32,000 nt of DNA, from the NCBI RefSeq assembly GCF_002075285.3, contig NZ_CP021983.2:2400001-2432000 (forward strand). The letters run 5' to 3'. The notes under the pieces are model-generated. The model was given only the letters and a program-made list of their open reading frames with translations. It searched no databases and had not been told where the DNA came from. The position numbers were made by a program, and so were the translations under genes. Positions within the stretch are counted from its first letter, which is position 1. Every line of letters begins with the position of its first letter. Shown in pieces: positions 8,069-16,799 of the stretch. This stretch comes from Halomicronema hongdechloris C2206. GTDB taxonomy: Bacteria > Cyanobacteriota > Cyanobacteriia > Phormidesmidales > Phormidesmidaceae.

Positions 8069-9006
8069 TTCATGTGTTTGGCAGTATCAATCTAGATCTA
8101 GTAATCCAGGCCCCTCGCCTGCCTCGCCCGGGAGAAACTGTGCTAGGCACGCGGTTTGACCAAATTCCAGGGGGCAAAGGAGCCAACCAGGCCGTAGCAG
8201 CGGCGCGGGCCGGGGCATCCGTGCGCATGGTAGGGCGGGTTGGTAATGATAGCTTTGGCCAGAACCTGCTGGACAATTTGCAGGCTGCCGGCGTCTCGAC
8301 CCAGGCGGTGCAAATTGATGCCAATACCTCATCCGGAGTGGCCATGATTTCGGTGGCAGCCGATGGCAGCAATCAGATCCTGGTGGTCCCGGGGGCCAAT
8401 GGCCAGGTCAACCAGTCCGATGTAGCGCGATTACTGGATCCTCTGCAGCCGGGAGACTGGTTACTGCTGCAGTTTGAGCTGCCTCTGGCGGTGGTGATGG
8501 CGGCAGCTAAACAGGCCCGAGCTGCCCAGGTGCAGGTGATGGTGGATCCGGCCCCCGCCCCTGAGAACCTACCAGATTGGTTTTTCGCTGCGGTTGATAT
8601 CCTCACCCCCAATCACCTCGAGGCCTCCCAACTAGTAGGGTTTGAGGTGTGCGATGGCCCCCAGGGGCCGGTCTTCGACCATCGCACCAGTGCCACCGCC
8701 GCTGTCCGCGCCCTGCAGCAGCGGGGAGTGCCCACGGTAATCCTGACCCTAGGCGAGCAAGGGGCCATAGTGGCCACGGCTGATGAGGTCTTCCATGTCC
8801 CCGCCTTTTCTGTACCCGTGGTCGATACTGTCGCCGCCGGAGATGCCTTCAATGGGGCCCTAGCGGTGGCCTTGAGCCAGGGCAAATCCCTGCGGACGGC
8901 GGTGCAGTGGGCCAGTGCCGCTGCTGCCCTCTCGGTAGGACAGGCTGGGGCCCAACCCTCGCTGCCGACGTGCGATCGCATCGAAGCCTTTCTACAAGCC
9001 CATTAA
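8065..9006 (+). CDS. rbsK: Ribokinase (PfkB family)
   Basis: N-terminal IHVFGSINLDLV, GGKGANQAVAAARAG, and the C-terminal PfkB signature DTVAAGDAFNGALAVAL. Confidence 0.9.
   Translation: MIHVFGSINLDLVIQAPRLPRPGETVLGTRFDQIPGGKGANQAVAAARAGASVRMVGRVGNDSFGQNLLDNLQAAGVSTQAVQIDANTSSGVAMISVAADGSNQILVVPGANGQVNQSDVARLLDPLQPGDWLLLQFELPLAVVMAAAKQARAAQVQVMVDPAPAPENLPDWFFAAVDILTPNHLEASQLVGFEVCDGPQGPVFDHRTSATAAVRALQQRGVPTVILTLGEQGAIVATADEVFHVPAFSVPVVDTVAAGDAFNGALAVALSQGKSLRTAVQWASAAAALSVGQAGAQPSLPTCDRIEAFLQAH
8972..8979. repeat. HIP1 palindrome GCGATCGC
   Basis: Exact octamer read in the sequence. Confidence 0.95.
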
Positions 9007-9249
9007 TTGGCGACCTTTGCCCAAAGCTGGATGGCCAAAATTATAACTGCCGACAGCAGGGTTTACTGAATTCACAAGAAGCATTCGGCAACATAGAAGC
9101 TACTGTAAAGCCGTAAAGTCCAGTGATTGGCCTAATGGCCTAAATGATACGATTCAAGCAATTAACTTCAATGCATTCAAAAAATCCTTAATAAAGATGG
9201 CACTAACGCCGGGTTATACAGTAGGCTGCCAGCACCTATTTTAGTCATT

Positions 9250-10587
9250 ATGAAATCAATAGATGGATCGACGGTCGATGGATCATTAATCCATTTAAAG
9301 ACTAGTGGCACAGCGAAAAGCGGTCATTCCAATTCCGCCTCTACCCAGACAACTATGCTCTTCGACCTCTCAATCAGAGGTCATCATCCAGCCTATATCC
9401 GACATTTAATTACCTATTGGAGGCAGCACCAACCCCGTCAATCTCTCGCCATTGTAGTGTCACCAAGATTTTTAGATGAGCACTCTGATGTTGTTGAACT
9501 AGTAGAAAGAGAAGAGAAGACTAAGATTCAATTCCATGCCATCACAGCTGAGGAAGCTGCACATCTAGGCAAAAGAAAATCATTTCGGCAAAGATTGCTT
9601 AGATCATTTCGAGAATGGGATCTACTACTAAAATATATCAAAAAGCTAAACGCCAGTTATTGCATAACCTTGTATTTTGATACATGTATGTTACCAGCAG
9701 CCCTGGGAAAACATCCAGCCTGTGAGCTCGCCGGCATTTATTTTAGACCCACATTTCATTACGCAGATCTAAACCAAGAGCATCAAGCCTCGATAGCAGA
9801 TAAACTTCAAAAAATTCGAGAAAAGGTGATTTTAAAGCTCCTCGACAAAAAGCCAAATATTGCTAAGATTTTATGCTTGGATAAATTCGCAGTTGCAGAT
9901 TTAAATAAAACATTCAAACAGACTCACGCCATGGCCCTGCCAGATCCAGTTGAGATCCACTCGGGCTCGCCTGAATTCACGAATCAGCGAATTCAAGACA
10001 TGAAGGCGGCTCTCGGTATTGACAACCACAGAAAGACATTTTTATTATTTGGCTCTCTGACTCATCGTAAGGGAATTCCCCAGGTATTGACTGCGCTTCA
10101 GCAATTGCCTGAAGACCTGGCCAAAAAACTGTGTATAGCCCTAGTAGGCGAATCGAACCAGGCTGAGTCAATAAACTCCAATATTGAAATAATCTGTCAA
10201 CAAAAGCCTGTTCAGATCGTTCGGTACTACGATTTTGTACCTGAAGCAGATGTGCCAATTTATTTTGCCCTGGCAGATGTTGTTTTGGCTCCCTATCAAA
10301 AGCACGTGGGCATGAGTGGCATCTTGCTACTAGCGGCAGCGGCGGGTAAACCAGTACTGAGTAGCGATTATGGTCTCATGGGTGAATTAGTACGTCGCTA
10401 TCAGCTAGGACTGACGATAGACAGTAGTCAACCCGAGCACATTGCTGATGCCTTGACTCAATATCTCAGTCAACCAAGCACCACCTTCTGTAATTCAGAA
10501 AAAATGCAGGAGTTTGTCCTAGAAAACTCAGCCGACAAGTTTGCCCAGGTTGTCTTCCAAGACGTGATTGTTCGAGATAAAATTTAA
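9250..10587 (+). CDS. Glycosyltransferase (GT-B fold, GT1/GT4-like C-terminal domain) with a divergent N-terminal half
   Basis: C-terminal-domain motifs: FLLFGSLTHRKGI, VVLAPYQKHVGMSGILLLAAAAGKPVLSSDYGLMGELV. An alternative start at ATG 9355 (MLFDLSIRGHH...) would remove a low-complexity leader. Confidence 0.75.
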   Translation: MKSIDGSTVDGSLIHLKTSGTAKSGHSNSASTQTTMLFDLSIRGHHPAYIRHLITYWRQHQPRQSLAIVVSPRFLDEHSDVVELVEREEKTKIQFHAITAEEAAHLGKRKSFRQRLLRSFREWDLLLKYIKKLNASYCITLYFDTCMLPAALGKHPACELAGIYFRPTFHYADLNQEHQASIADKLQKIREKVILKLLDKKPNIAKILCLDKFAVADLNKTFKQTHAMALPDPVEIHSGSPEFTNQRIQDMKAALGIDNHRKTFLLFGSLTHRKGIPQVLTALQQLPEDLAKKLCIALVGESNQAESINSNIEIICQQKPVQIVRYYDFVPEADVPIYFALADVVLAPYQKHVGMSGILLLAAAAGKPVLSSDYGLMGELVRRYQLGLTIDSSQPEHIADALTQYLSQPSTTFCNSEKMQEFVLENSADKFAQVVFQDVIVRDKI

Positions 10588-10625
10588 TATTTTATCTATA
10601 ACCGTTCTTCCTAGAGTATCCAGAT

Positions 10626-12599
10626 ATGCTTGCTGCCCTGCCTATTATCGCCTTTATTCTATTATTTTTGATTACGCAAGCTCGCCGGGCTAATTGGCGC
10701 GAGTCATTCCTAGTATCCGCCTTAGCTTGGGGGGTGCTTATCACCTTAAGCACCGAGATTCTCAGTCTATTCCAATGGTTGGATTTGCCAGGAGTATTGA
10801 CAACTTGGCTAGCCATTGATGTAAGCTTAGCCATCCTTCTACAGCGACAACTCACATCAGGGAAAAGTCCTCAGTTACTGCCCCCTATCAAGTCCTGGCA
10901 ACTGAGCCAATTCCAAGTGTCACTCCTGGCAGGAGTCGCTGTCATCGTCGTTTTAACAGGCACTATCGCCCTGCTGGCACCGCCGAATAACTTCGATTCG
11001 ATGACTTACCACCTCGGTCGGGTTGTTCATTGGATCCAGAATCGTAGCGTTGATCATTATCCCACCCATATTATTCGGCAGTTGTATCCAGGACCTTGGT
11101 CTGGATATGCGATCGCACAGTTGCAAATTCTCAGTAATGGCGATCATTTAGCTAACTTAGTACAATGGTTTAGCCTGGTGGGCAGCATCATTGCTACCTC
11201 CTTAATCGCTAAGCAGCTGGGAGCCAATAGCCGCGGACAAACCTTCGCGGCAGTATTTTGTGCCACAGTTCCCATGGGGATTTTACAGAGTTCCAGTACT
11301 CAAAATGATTTGATCGCGGCCTTTTGGCTACTCTGCCTCAGCTACTTTAGCCTGCAAATCATTCAAGAAAAATTTGGTCATTTCAGAGGAATTTTAGTCG
11401 GACTAGGCTTAGGATTGGCGATTCTGACCAAGGGCACAGCCTATCTATATGCATTCCCCGTCTGTTTATGGTTATTCTTTGCTGCAGTTAAACGCCTCAA
11501 GGTCAGGCTTATCCTTCCATTTTTGACGATGGGAATCATTACCCTGTCTCTCAACATTAGCCATTTCATTCGTAACATCCAGATATTTGGTTCCTTCTTA
11601 GGAGATTCAGGACAGGATTTAGAGGCCCATGGTATTAATATCTTCTTGTCAAATATCATCAGAAACCTGGCCCTACACTTAAGCACCCCTGTCCGCTCAA
11701 TCAACTTGCTCATCATTCGCGCGGTAGAAATTTTACATGTGCCGCTAGGGATTAGCCCCGATGACCCCAGAATTACTTCTCCTGTTGGACAGTCTTTTGA
11801 TGTCCATAGCCTCATCAACCACGAGGATCTTGCCGGCAATACACTTCATTTATTGATATTTTTAATCCTAACGATTTGGTTCTTTAAAAAATATTCGAAT
11901 TTCAAAAGCAGACAGCGCTTCTTCTTAGCCGCGTACTGGTTGACCGTTATCAGTGGTTTTTTGTTATTCTGCCTCTTGATTATCTGGTCACCCTGGAGAA
12001 GCCGATTGCATTTGCCGATATTTATTGCTGCGGCTCCATTTATGGGAGTCATCCTATCACAGCTAGTTCCTCCTAGGCTAGCCAAAGCTACCATCGCTTT
12101 TGTACTGATTGCCTCTAGCCTATGGATCTTCTTTAATGAGACTCGCCCTCTAATAGCAAATAGTCAGTCAATCGAAAGTAAGGCAATTCAAAATATCTTC
12201 AACCAGTCACGGGTAGAGCAATACTTTATCAGTGAACAAAAATATAAGTCTGCTTACTTAGACGCTGCTGAGTTTATTGAATCTAGCCAGTGCTCTGACA
12301 TTGGCCTGATGCTGAGTGGAAATACTTGGGAATATCCCCTCTGGGTGCTGACCAATAATCACGCTCGTCCTAACCTAAGGATTGAACACGTAGGCGTTGA
12401 GAATGAATCTGCATTGAAAGTGTCAGCGCCTGACCGTGCTAACTTTTCTCCTTGTATGATTATTGCCAATGAAGTAGAGGCTGCCAGGACAGAGCAAATT
12501 AATTTAGCTGGGCATATTTATCAGCGAACTCCAGAGCCAGAATCCATTAGCATATTCATGGAGACCGATTATATCAGTTCAGGTCAGTCAGAGTCTTAG
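10626..12599 (+). CDS. Polytopic membrane protein, putative GT-C-fold glycosyltransferase (ArnT/PMT-like); a Wzy/ligase-like role is not excluded
   Basis: 657 aa with more than 10 predicted TM helices. An acidic/aromatic first-loop motif PPNNFDSMTYHLGRVVHWIQN resembles the first periplasmic loop of GT-C enzymes. The soluble C-terminal domain is about 150 aa. The gene is embedded in a glycosyltransferase cluster. Confidence 0.6.
   Translation: MLAALPIIAFILLFLITQARRANWRESFLVSALAWGVLITLSTEILSLFQWLDLPGVLTTWLAIDVSLAILLQRQLTSGKSPQLLPPIKSWQLSQFQVSLLAGVAVIVVLTGTIALLAPPNNFDSMTYHLGRVVHWIQNRSVDHYPTHIIRQLYPGPWSGYAIAQLQILSNGDHLANLVQWFSLVGSIIATSLIAKQLGANSRGQTFAAVFCATVPMGILQSSSTQNDLIAAFWLLCLSYFSLQIIQEKFGHFRGILVGLGLGLAILTKGTAYLYAFPVCLWLFFAAVKRLKVRLILPFLTMGIITLSLNISHFIRNIQIFGSFLGDSGQDLEAHGINIFLSNIIRNLALHLSTPVRSINLLIIRAVEILHVPLGISPDDPRITSPVGQSFDVHSLINHEDLAGNTLHLLIFLILTIWFFKKYSNFKSRQRFFLAAYWLTVISGFLLFCLLIIWSPWRSRLHLPIFIAAAPFMGVILSQLVPPRLAKATIAFVLIASSLWIFFNETRPLIANSQSIESKAIQNIFNQSRVEQYFISEQKYKSAYLDAAEFIESSQCSDIGLMLSGNTWEYPLWVLTNNHARPNLRIEHVGVENESALKVSAPDRANFSPCMIIANEVEAARTEQINLAGHIYQRTPEPESISIFMETDYISSGQSES
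11109..11116. repeat. HIP1 palindrome GCGATCGC
   Basis: Exact octamer read in the sequence. Confidence 0.95.
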
Positions 12600-12705
12600 C
12601 CTATGGCAGATTGTAGACTTAGCAAGTAAGCCCTACGGCCATGGTAAACAGCCCCTAAGATTAACTGCAGTTTACACGATAAATACTTAAGTCACATTAG
12701 GGTGA

Positions 12706-12733
12706 TTATTTAGGATAATTTATTTAGGATAAT
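12706..12733 (+). repeat. Perfect tandem duplication 2 x 14 bp (TTATTTAGGATAAT) abutting the start codon of the GT4 gene
   Basis: 12706-12719 and 12720-12733 are identical. The last two bases of copy 2 form the AT of ATG 12732-12734. Each copy carries an AGGA. Confidence 0.9.
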
Positions 12734-13931
12734 GGAAAACCCCCGCATTGCTTGGCTACTAACATCAGCATTTTATTATTGGCATCCCTTGCTAGAACAA
12801 CTCAGTCAGCGGTTCCCAAATTTGGTGGCCTATGCCGCCAACTGGCGTGGTTTTGCTCCTGGCTTTGAAAACTCATTCCAGGTAGAGATCGTTGGTAACC
12901 GCAAAATCATTCCACTTTTAAGATCGACTAGTAGCTACGGGTCCAACTTTACATATCTACCCTTTTCGATTATCAATCGACTTTTGCAATTTCGACCCCA
13001 TGTGATCTTCTCCAATTCCTTTGGTATGTGGACCCTCTTGGCTCTCCTGCTCAAGCCCATTGGTAGATGGAAAGTCGTAATTGCCTATGAAGGGAGTTCT
13101 CCTGGAGTAGATTACCGCAAGTCTCCACCACGACTTTGGTTAAGAAGCTGGATGCTACGCATTGCCGATGCCTGTATTACCAACAGTGCTGCTGGTAAGC
13201 AATATCTGACTGAAGTACTTCGCGCTTCAGAAGGCGAAGTTTTCATGCATCCCTATGAGGTACCATCATCCAACGCGTTTTCCCAAAACGCGTTTTCCCA
13301 AGCCCAGGATGAACAGGCTGCATCGAGCTTAACTCAGAGTTCGACTAAGAGAGTGTTTCTCTACGTAGGCAGTTTAGTTCCTAGAAAAGGGTTAAAGTAT
13401 TTGCTAGAAGCCTGTTCTCGGCTGCAGGAATGGGGTTGTGAAGACTATCTTCTCAATGTGGTTGGGGATGGTGACGAGCGTTCATCCCTAGAAGCCTACT
13501 GTCATAACCATGGCCTCATTGAACAGGTGCAATGGTTGGGTCGGGTTGACTATGCCCAACTCGGGGAGCAGTTTCACAAAGCGGATGTCTTTGTGTTACC
13601 TACCCTGGAAGACACTTGGGGAATGGTTGTATTAGAAGCCATGGTTGCCCATCTACCAGTTTTATGCTCTCAATGGGCCGGTGCCTCTGAATTGATTCTA
13701 GACGCTCAGAATGGCTTTTGTTTTGACCCGAAAGATCCAGACAGTCTAGCTCACCTGATGCAGAAGTTCATTCTCAATTCAGAGTTATCCTCGCAGATGG
13801 GGCGCACAGCAGGAGTACTCATGAAAAACTACACACCTGCAGAGGCAGCAGATTTCATGGTTAATGTAGTAGATTTTGTCATGGTAAGCCGTGCTAAATC
13901 CATCTCTAAGTCTAGAGCCTTTTCTAGATGA
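12732..13931 (+). CDS. Glycosyltransferase family 4 (GT-B, group 1)
   Basis: VFLYVGSLVPRKGLKYLLEA, and the E-x7-E region VLPTLEDTWGMVVLEAMVAHLPVLCSQWAGASELILDAQNGFCFDP. Confidence 0.9.
   Translation: MENPRIAWLLTSAFYYWHPLLEQLSQRFPNLVAYAANWRGFAPGFENSFQVEIVGNRKIIPLLRSTSSYGSNFTYLPFSIINRLLQFRPHVIFSNSFGMWTLLALLLKPIGRWKVVIAYEGSSPGVDYRKSPPRLWLRSWMLRIADACITNSAAGKQYLTEVLRASEGEVFMHPYEVPSSNAFSQNAFSQAQDEQAASSLTQSSTKRVFLYVGSLVPRKGLKYLLEACSRLQEWGCEDYLLNVVGDGDERSSLEAYCHNHGLIEQVQWLGRVDYAQLGEQFHKADVFVLPTLEDTWGMVVLEAMVAHLPVLCSQWAGASELILDAQNGFCFDPKDPDSLAHLMQKFILNSELSSQMGRTAGVLMKNYTPAEAADFMVNVVDFVMVSRAKSISKSRAFSR
13272..13301 (+). repeat. Perfect in-frame tandem duplication 2 x 15 bp (AACGCGTTTTCCCAA), encoding NAFSQ-NAFSQ
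   Basis: 13272-13286 and 13287-13301 are identical and in frame with CDS 12732-13931. Confidence 0.9.
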
Positions 13932-13971
13932 TCGGGACTTGCTTAAGCTTTAAGTTAACACCCTATGAGTC

Positions 13972-15195
13972 ATGCGAATTTTAATTTCTGCCTATGCCTG
14001 TAGACCTAACATAGGCTCGGAGCCTGCAATTGGTTGGAACCTATCTAAGCAACTGGCGGAAAACTGGGATATATGGGTGATTACACGACAAAACAACCAA
14101 CCTGAAATCACTAAATATTTAGAACATAATCAACAAGTTAAGCTAAACGTCATTTACTGTGATTTACCTCGATGGTTTCAATATTTTAATAAGAATCAAC
14201 GGTTAGTCCATTTGCATTATTATTTATGGCAAATCGTTGCCTATTTTTTGGGTCGGCGTCTGCATAAAAAGCTTAACTTCTCCTTAGTACACCATATTAC
14301 CTATGTTAGATACTGGAGTCCGAGCTTTTTAGCGTTACTCCCGATTCCGTTTATTTGGGGACCGGTGGGGGGTGGTGAAGCGACCCCACAGTGTCTTCTC
14401 AAGGATTTAAACCCACGAGAGCTTCTTCAGGAATTGTCCAGATTTCTGATTCATCGCTTGAGCGAATGGGATCCCTTTCTAGGGTTAACAGCCAAGCGCA
14501 GCCAAATTGCTCTGGCTACGACCGAAGATACCGCTAGGCGGCTAGCTAAATTAGGTGCTAAAAACATTAAAGTACTCTCGCAATTAGGGCTTGAGGACAG
14601 TGAAATTGATCGTCTTAGCAGAATTAAGCCATCCCAGAAATGCCGATTTATCAGTATTGGTCGTCTGTTGCATTGGAAGGGATTCCACCTGAGCTTGCAG
14701 GCATTTGCCGCTGCGAATCTACCCTTGACCATAGATTATTGGGTCATTGGTGACGGACCTGATTATGCCCGCTTGACCGAATTGGCCGAAGATCTAAATA
14801 TAGCGGATCGAGTCCATTTTATGGGTAAACTCTCTCGCGAAGAAACCTTGTCAAAGCTCCAGGAGGCTTCCGTATTAGTTCATCCTAGTCTGCATGATTC
14901 TGGAGCCTTGGTCTGCGCAGAAGCAATGGCGGCTGGCCGACCGGTGATTTGTTTAGATCTGGGAGGACCCGCTTTACAGGTTACCCAGGATACTGGGATT
15001 AAAATTCCGGCTCAGTCGGCTGAAAAAATTGTACAGTCACTGTCAGAGGCCATGGTGTATCTAGCTAAGCATCCAGATATTTGTGCCCAAATGGGAATTG
15101 CCAGTCAGCAGCGAGTGAGGAACACTTTGAGTTGGTCTATTAAGGCTAAAGAAATTTCTACCATATACGATGATTGTGCTGTGGTCCAGAGCTGA
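13972..15195 (+). CDS. Glycosyltransferase family 1/4 (GT-B)
   Basis: N-terminal MRILISAYACRPNIGSEPAIGW, FISIGRLLHWKGFHLSLQAF, and VLVHPSLHDSGALVCAEAMAAGRPVICLDLGGPALQV. Confidence 0.9.
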   Translation: MRILISAYACRPNIGSEPAIGWNLSKQLAENWDIWVITRQNNQPEITKYLEHNQQVKLNVIYCDLPRWFQYFNKNQRLVHLHYYLWQIVAYFLGRRLHKKLNFSLVHHITYVRYWSPSFLALLPIPFIWGPVGGGEATPQCLLKDLNPRELLQELSRFLIHRLSEWDPFLGLTAKRSQIALATTEDTARRLAKLGAKNIKVLSQLGLEDSEIDRLSRIKPSQKCRFISIGRLLHWKGFHLSLQAFAAANLPLTIDYWVIGDGPDYARLTELAEDLNIADRVHFMGKLSREETLSKLQEASVLVHPSLHDSGALVCAEAMAAGRPVICLDLGGPALQVTQDTGIKIPAQSAEKIVQSLSEAMVYLAKHPDICAQMGIASQQRVRNTLSWSIKAKEISTIYDDCAVVQS

Positions 15196-15356
15196 AATCT
15201 ATAGTAGAAGCTAATGCTATTGGCAGAGAAAATCCTACCTATTCCTATCTCCTTATGAGGAGAATTGATAGTGATAACCTGAGAGGAAAAGTGGCTTAAT
15301 TAGTCATGTGTCTCGCTGAATCCAGAAATACCATATGAATCGGAAAGGACATAAAA

Positions 15357-16517
15357 GTGTCTAATATATTAATATTTAGCAGTCTGTTACTGCCTCCATC
15401 TCAAACGTTTATAAAAGCTCAAGCAGAAGGACTGCAGCAATTCACTTCCCATTATGTGGGATGTCGTCGTGTTGATGGTCTATCTCTACCGGCAGAAAGA
15501 ACCTCTGTCATTAACCCAGGAACATCGTCAGGGAAGTTGAAAGAACTCCTTTTCAAGCTAACAGGGCGTTCTCGGACACTGAGGGATATACTTCGTAAGA
15601 TTGATCCAGTTTTGATTCATGCCCAATTTGGGCTCAGTGGTGCATTGCTACTGTCCTCAATGAGATCTTTGGATATTCCCCTAATCGTTCATTACAGAGG
15701 GGCCGATGCAACCTTAGATCCTGAAGTTGTACGGTTCTCGTCTATAAATCACTGGATCTATTATCAGCGGCTCGATCAATTGAAGCAGACGACCCATTTA
15801 TTCCTGACAGTCTCCCATTTCATTCGTAAGAAGTTAATTGAACAGGGCTTTCCTGACGATAAAATAATGACCCACTACAATGGAGTTGACATTCAGCAGT
15901 TCCGGGCTGATATGAATATTTCTAGGGAGCCCGTTGTCCTATTTGTTGGCCGCTTGACCGAGAAGAAAGGATGCCAGGATTTATTAAAGGCAATGGCACA
16001 AGTGCAAATGGCACATCCTGGGGTCCGCTTGATTTTAATTGGGGATGGTCCCTTGCGGGAAGGCTTGGAAAAATTTGCTGAAAAGCATCTGAAGCAGTGC
16101 CGGTTTTTAGGGGTGCAATCCCATGCAACGGTTAAAGACTGGATGAATCGAGCTCGAGTCTTAGCTGCCCCCAGTATTACCTCTGTGCAAGGAGACTCAG
16201 AAGGATTACCTAATGTTGTCTTGGAAGCTCAGGCTATGGGATTACCGGTGGTCAGCACCTTTCATGCGGGCATTCCAGAAGCCGTCATTCATCAACAAAC
16301 GGGATTCCTAGTCGAAGAACATGATTCTGACAATCTAGGCATGTATATCGCCCATCTCTTTCAGGACGATGAGCTATGGCAATCATTTAGCCGACAAGGA
16401 CGGTTACATGTGGAGACTAACTTTGATCGGCAGCGGCAGATCCAGCTATTAGAAACACTCTACGAAGAAACTCTAGAGCAGTACCATGGAACTACAAGGA
16501 GCGCTGTTTCCCTATAA
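15357..16517 (+). CDS. Glycosyltransferase family 1/4 (GT-B)
   Basis: GTG start with AAGGA upstream. Motifs: VLFVGRLTEKKGCQDLLKAM, LAAPSITSVQGDSEGLPNVVLEAQAMGLPVVSTFHAGIPEAVIHQQTGFLVEEHD. Confidence 0.9.
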   Translation: MSNILIFSSLLLPPSQTFIKAQAEGLQQFTSHYVGCRRVDGLSLPAERTSVINPGTSSGKLKELLFKLTGRSRTLRDILRKIDPVLIHAQFGLSGALLLSSMRSLDIPLIVHYRGADATLDPEVVRFSSINHWIYYQRLDQLKQTTHLFLTVSHFIRKKLIEQGFPDDKIMTHYNGVDIQQFRADMNISREPVVLFVGRLTEKKGCQDLLKAMAQVQMAHPGVRLILIGDGPLREGLEKFAEKHLKQCRFLGVQSHATVKDWMNRARVLAAPSITSVQGDSEGLPNVVLEAQAMGLPVVSTFHAGIPEAVIHQQTGFLVEEHDSDNLGMYIAHLFQDDELWQSFSRQGRLHVETNFDRQRQIQLLETLYEETLEQYHGTTRSAVSL

Positions 16518-16537
16518 AGACTATTTGTGAGTTGCTA

Positions 16538-16575
16538 AGTCAGGGTTTTCAAAAGCTCTCTGACTATCTTTTCTG
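16538..16575 (+). terminator. Candidate intrinsic terminator after the last glycosyltransferase gene
   Basis: AGTCAGGG (16538-16545) pairs with CTCTGACT (16558-16565), including one G-U pair, around a 12-nt loop. A T-rich tail ATCTTTTCTG follows. It lies 20 nt after the stop at 16517. Confidence 0.3.
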
Positions 16576-16722
16576 CCACCGCTACGGCTTCATCTAGTAA
16601 GTCCGAACTTACTTCTGTATCCAAAGGGGTATCCTTATTTGGATGAAGTCCCCGCGTCAGGACAATCACTGGGACATCTTGATCTTGAAAAGGATAATGG
16701 TCTGATTAATCCTAAATCGGAT

Positions 16723-16730
16723 GCGATCGC
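16723..16730. repeat. HIP1 palindrome GCGATCGC
   Basis: Exact octamer read in the sequence. Confidence 0.95.
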
Positions 16731-16799
16731 AACAGAAGGGGCAACCGTCTTGGCAATGTCAGTAACGCTCTGATCAGGACGTTATCCCTGGCAATCACG

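Noticed and set aside
758-9116. Many ORFs of 60-226 aa listed on the opposite strand or in alternative frames of recognised genes. Examples: 758-1102(-), 882-1133(-), 2512-2709(+), 4462-5142(-), 4834-5337(+), 6926-7309(+), 7153-7455(+), 8070-8372(-), 8613-8981(-).
   Set aside because: They lie entirely inside well-supported genes in high-GC DNA. Their translations are Arg/Pro/Gly/Ser-rich low-complexity strings typical of off-frame reading. None has a recognisable motif or a ribosome-binding site.
9007-16799. The possibility that the low-GC glycosyltransferase island is a prophage or an integrative/conjugative element.
   Set aside because: It has no integrase, transposase or phage genes, no conjugation genes, no tRNA and no flanking direct repeats that I could find. 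Only the compositional argument for foreign origin remains.
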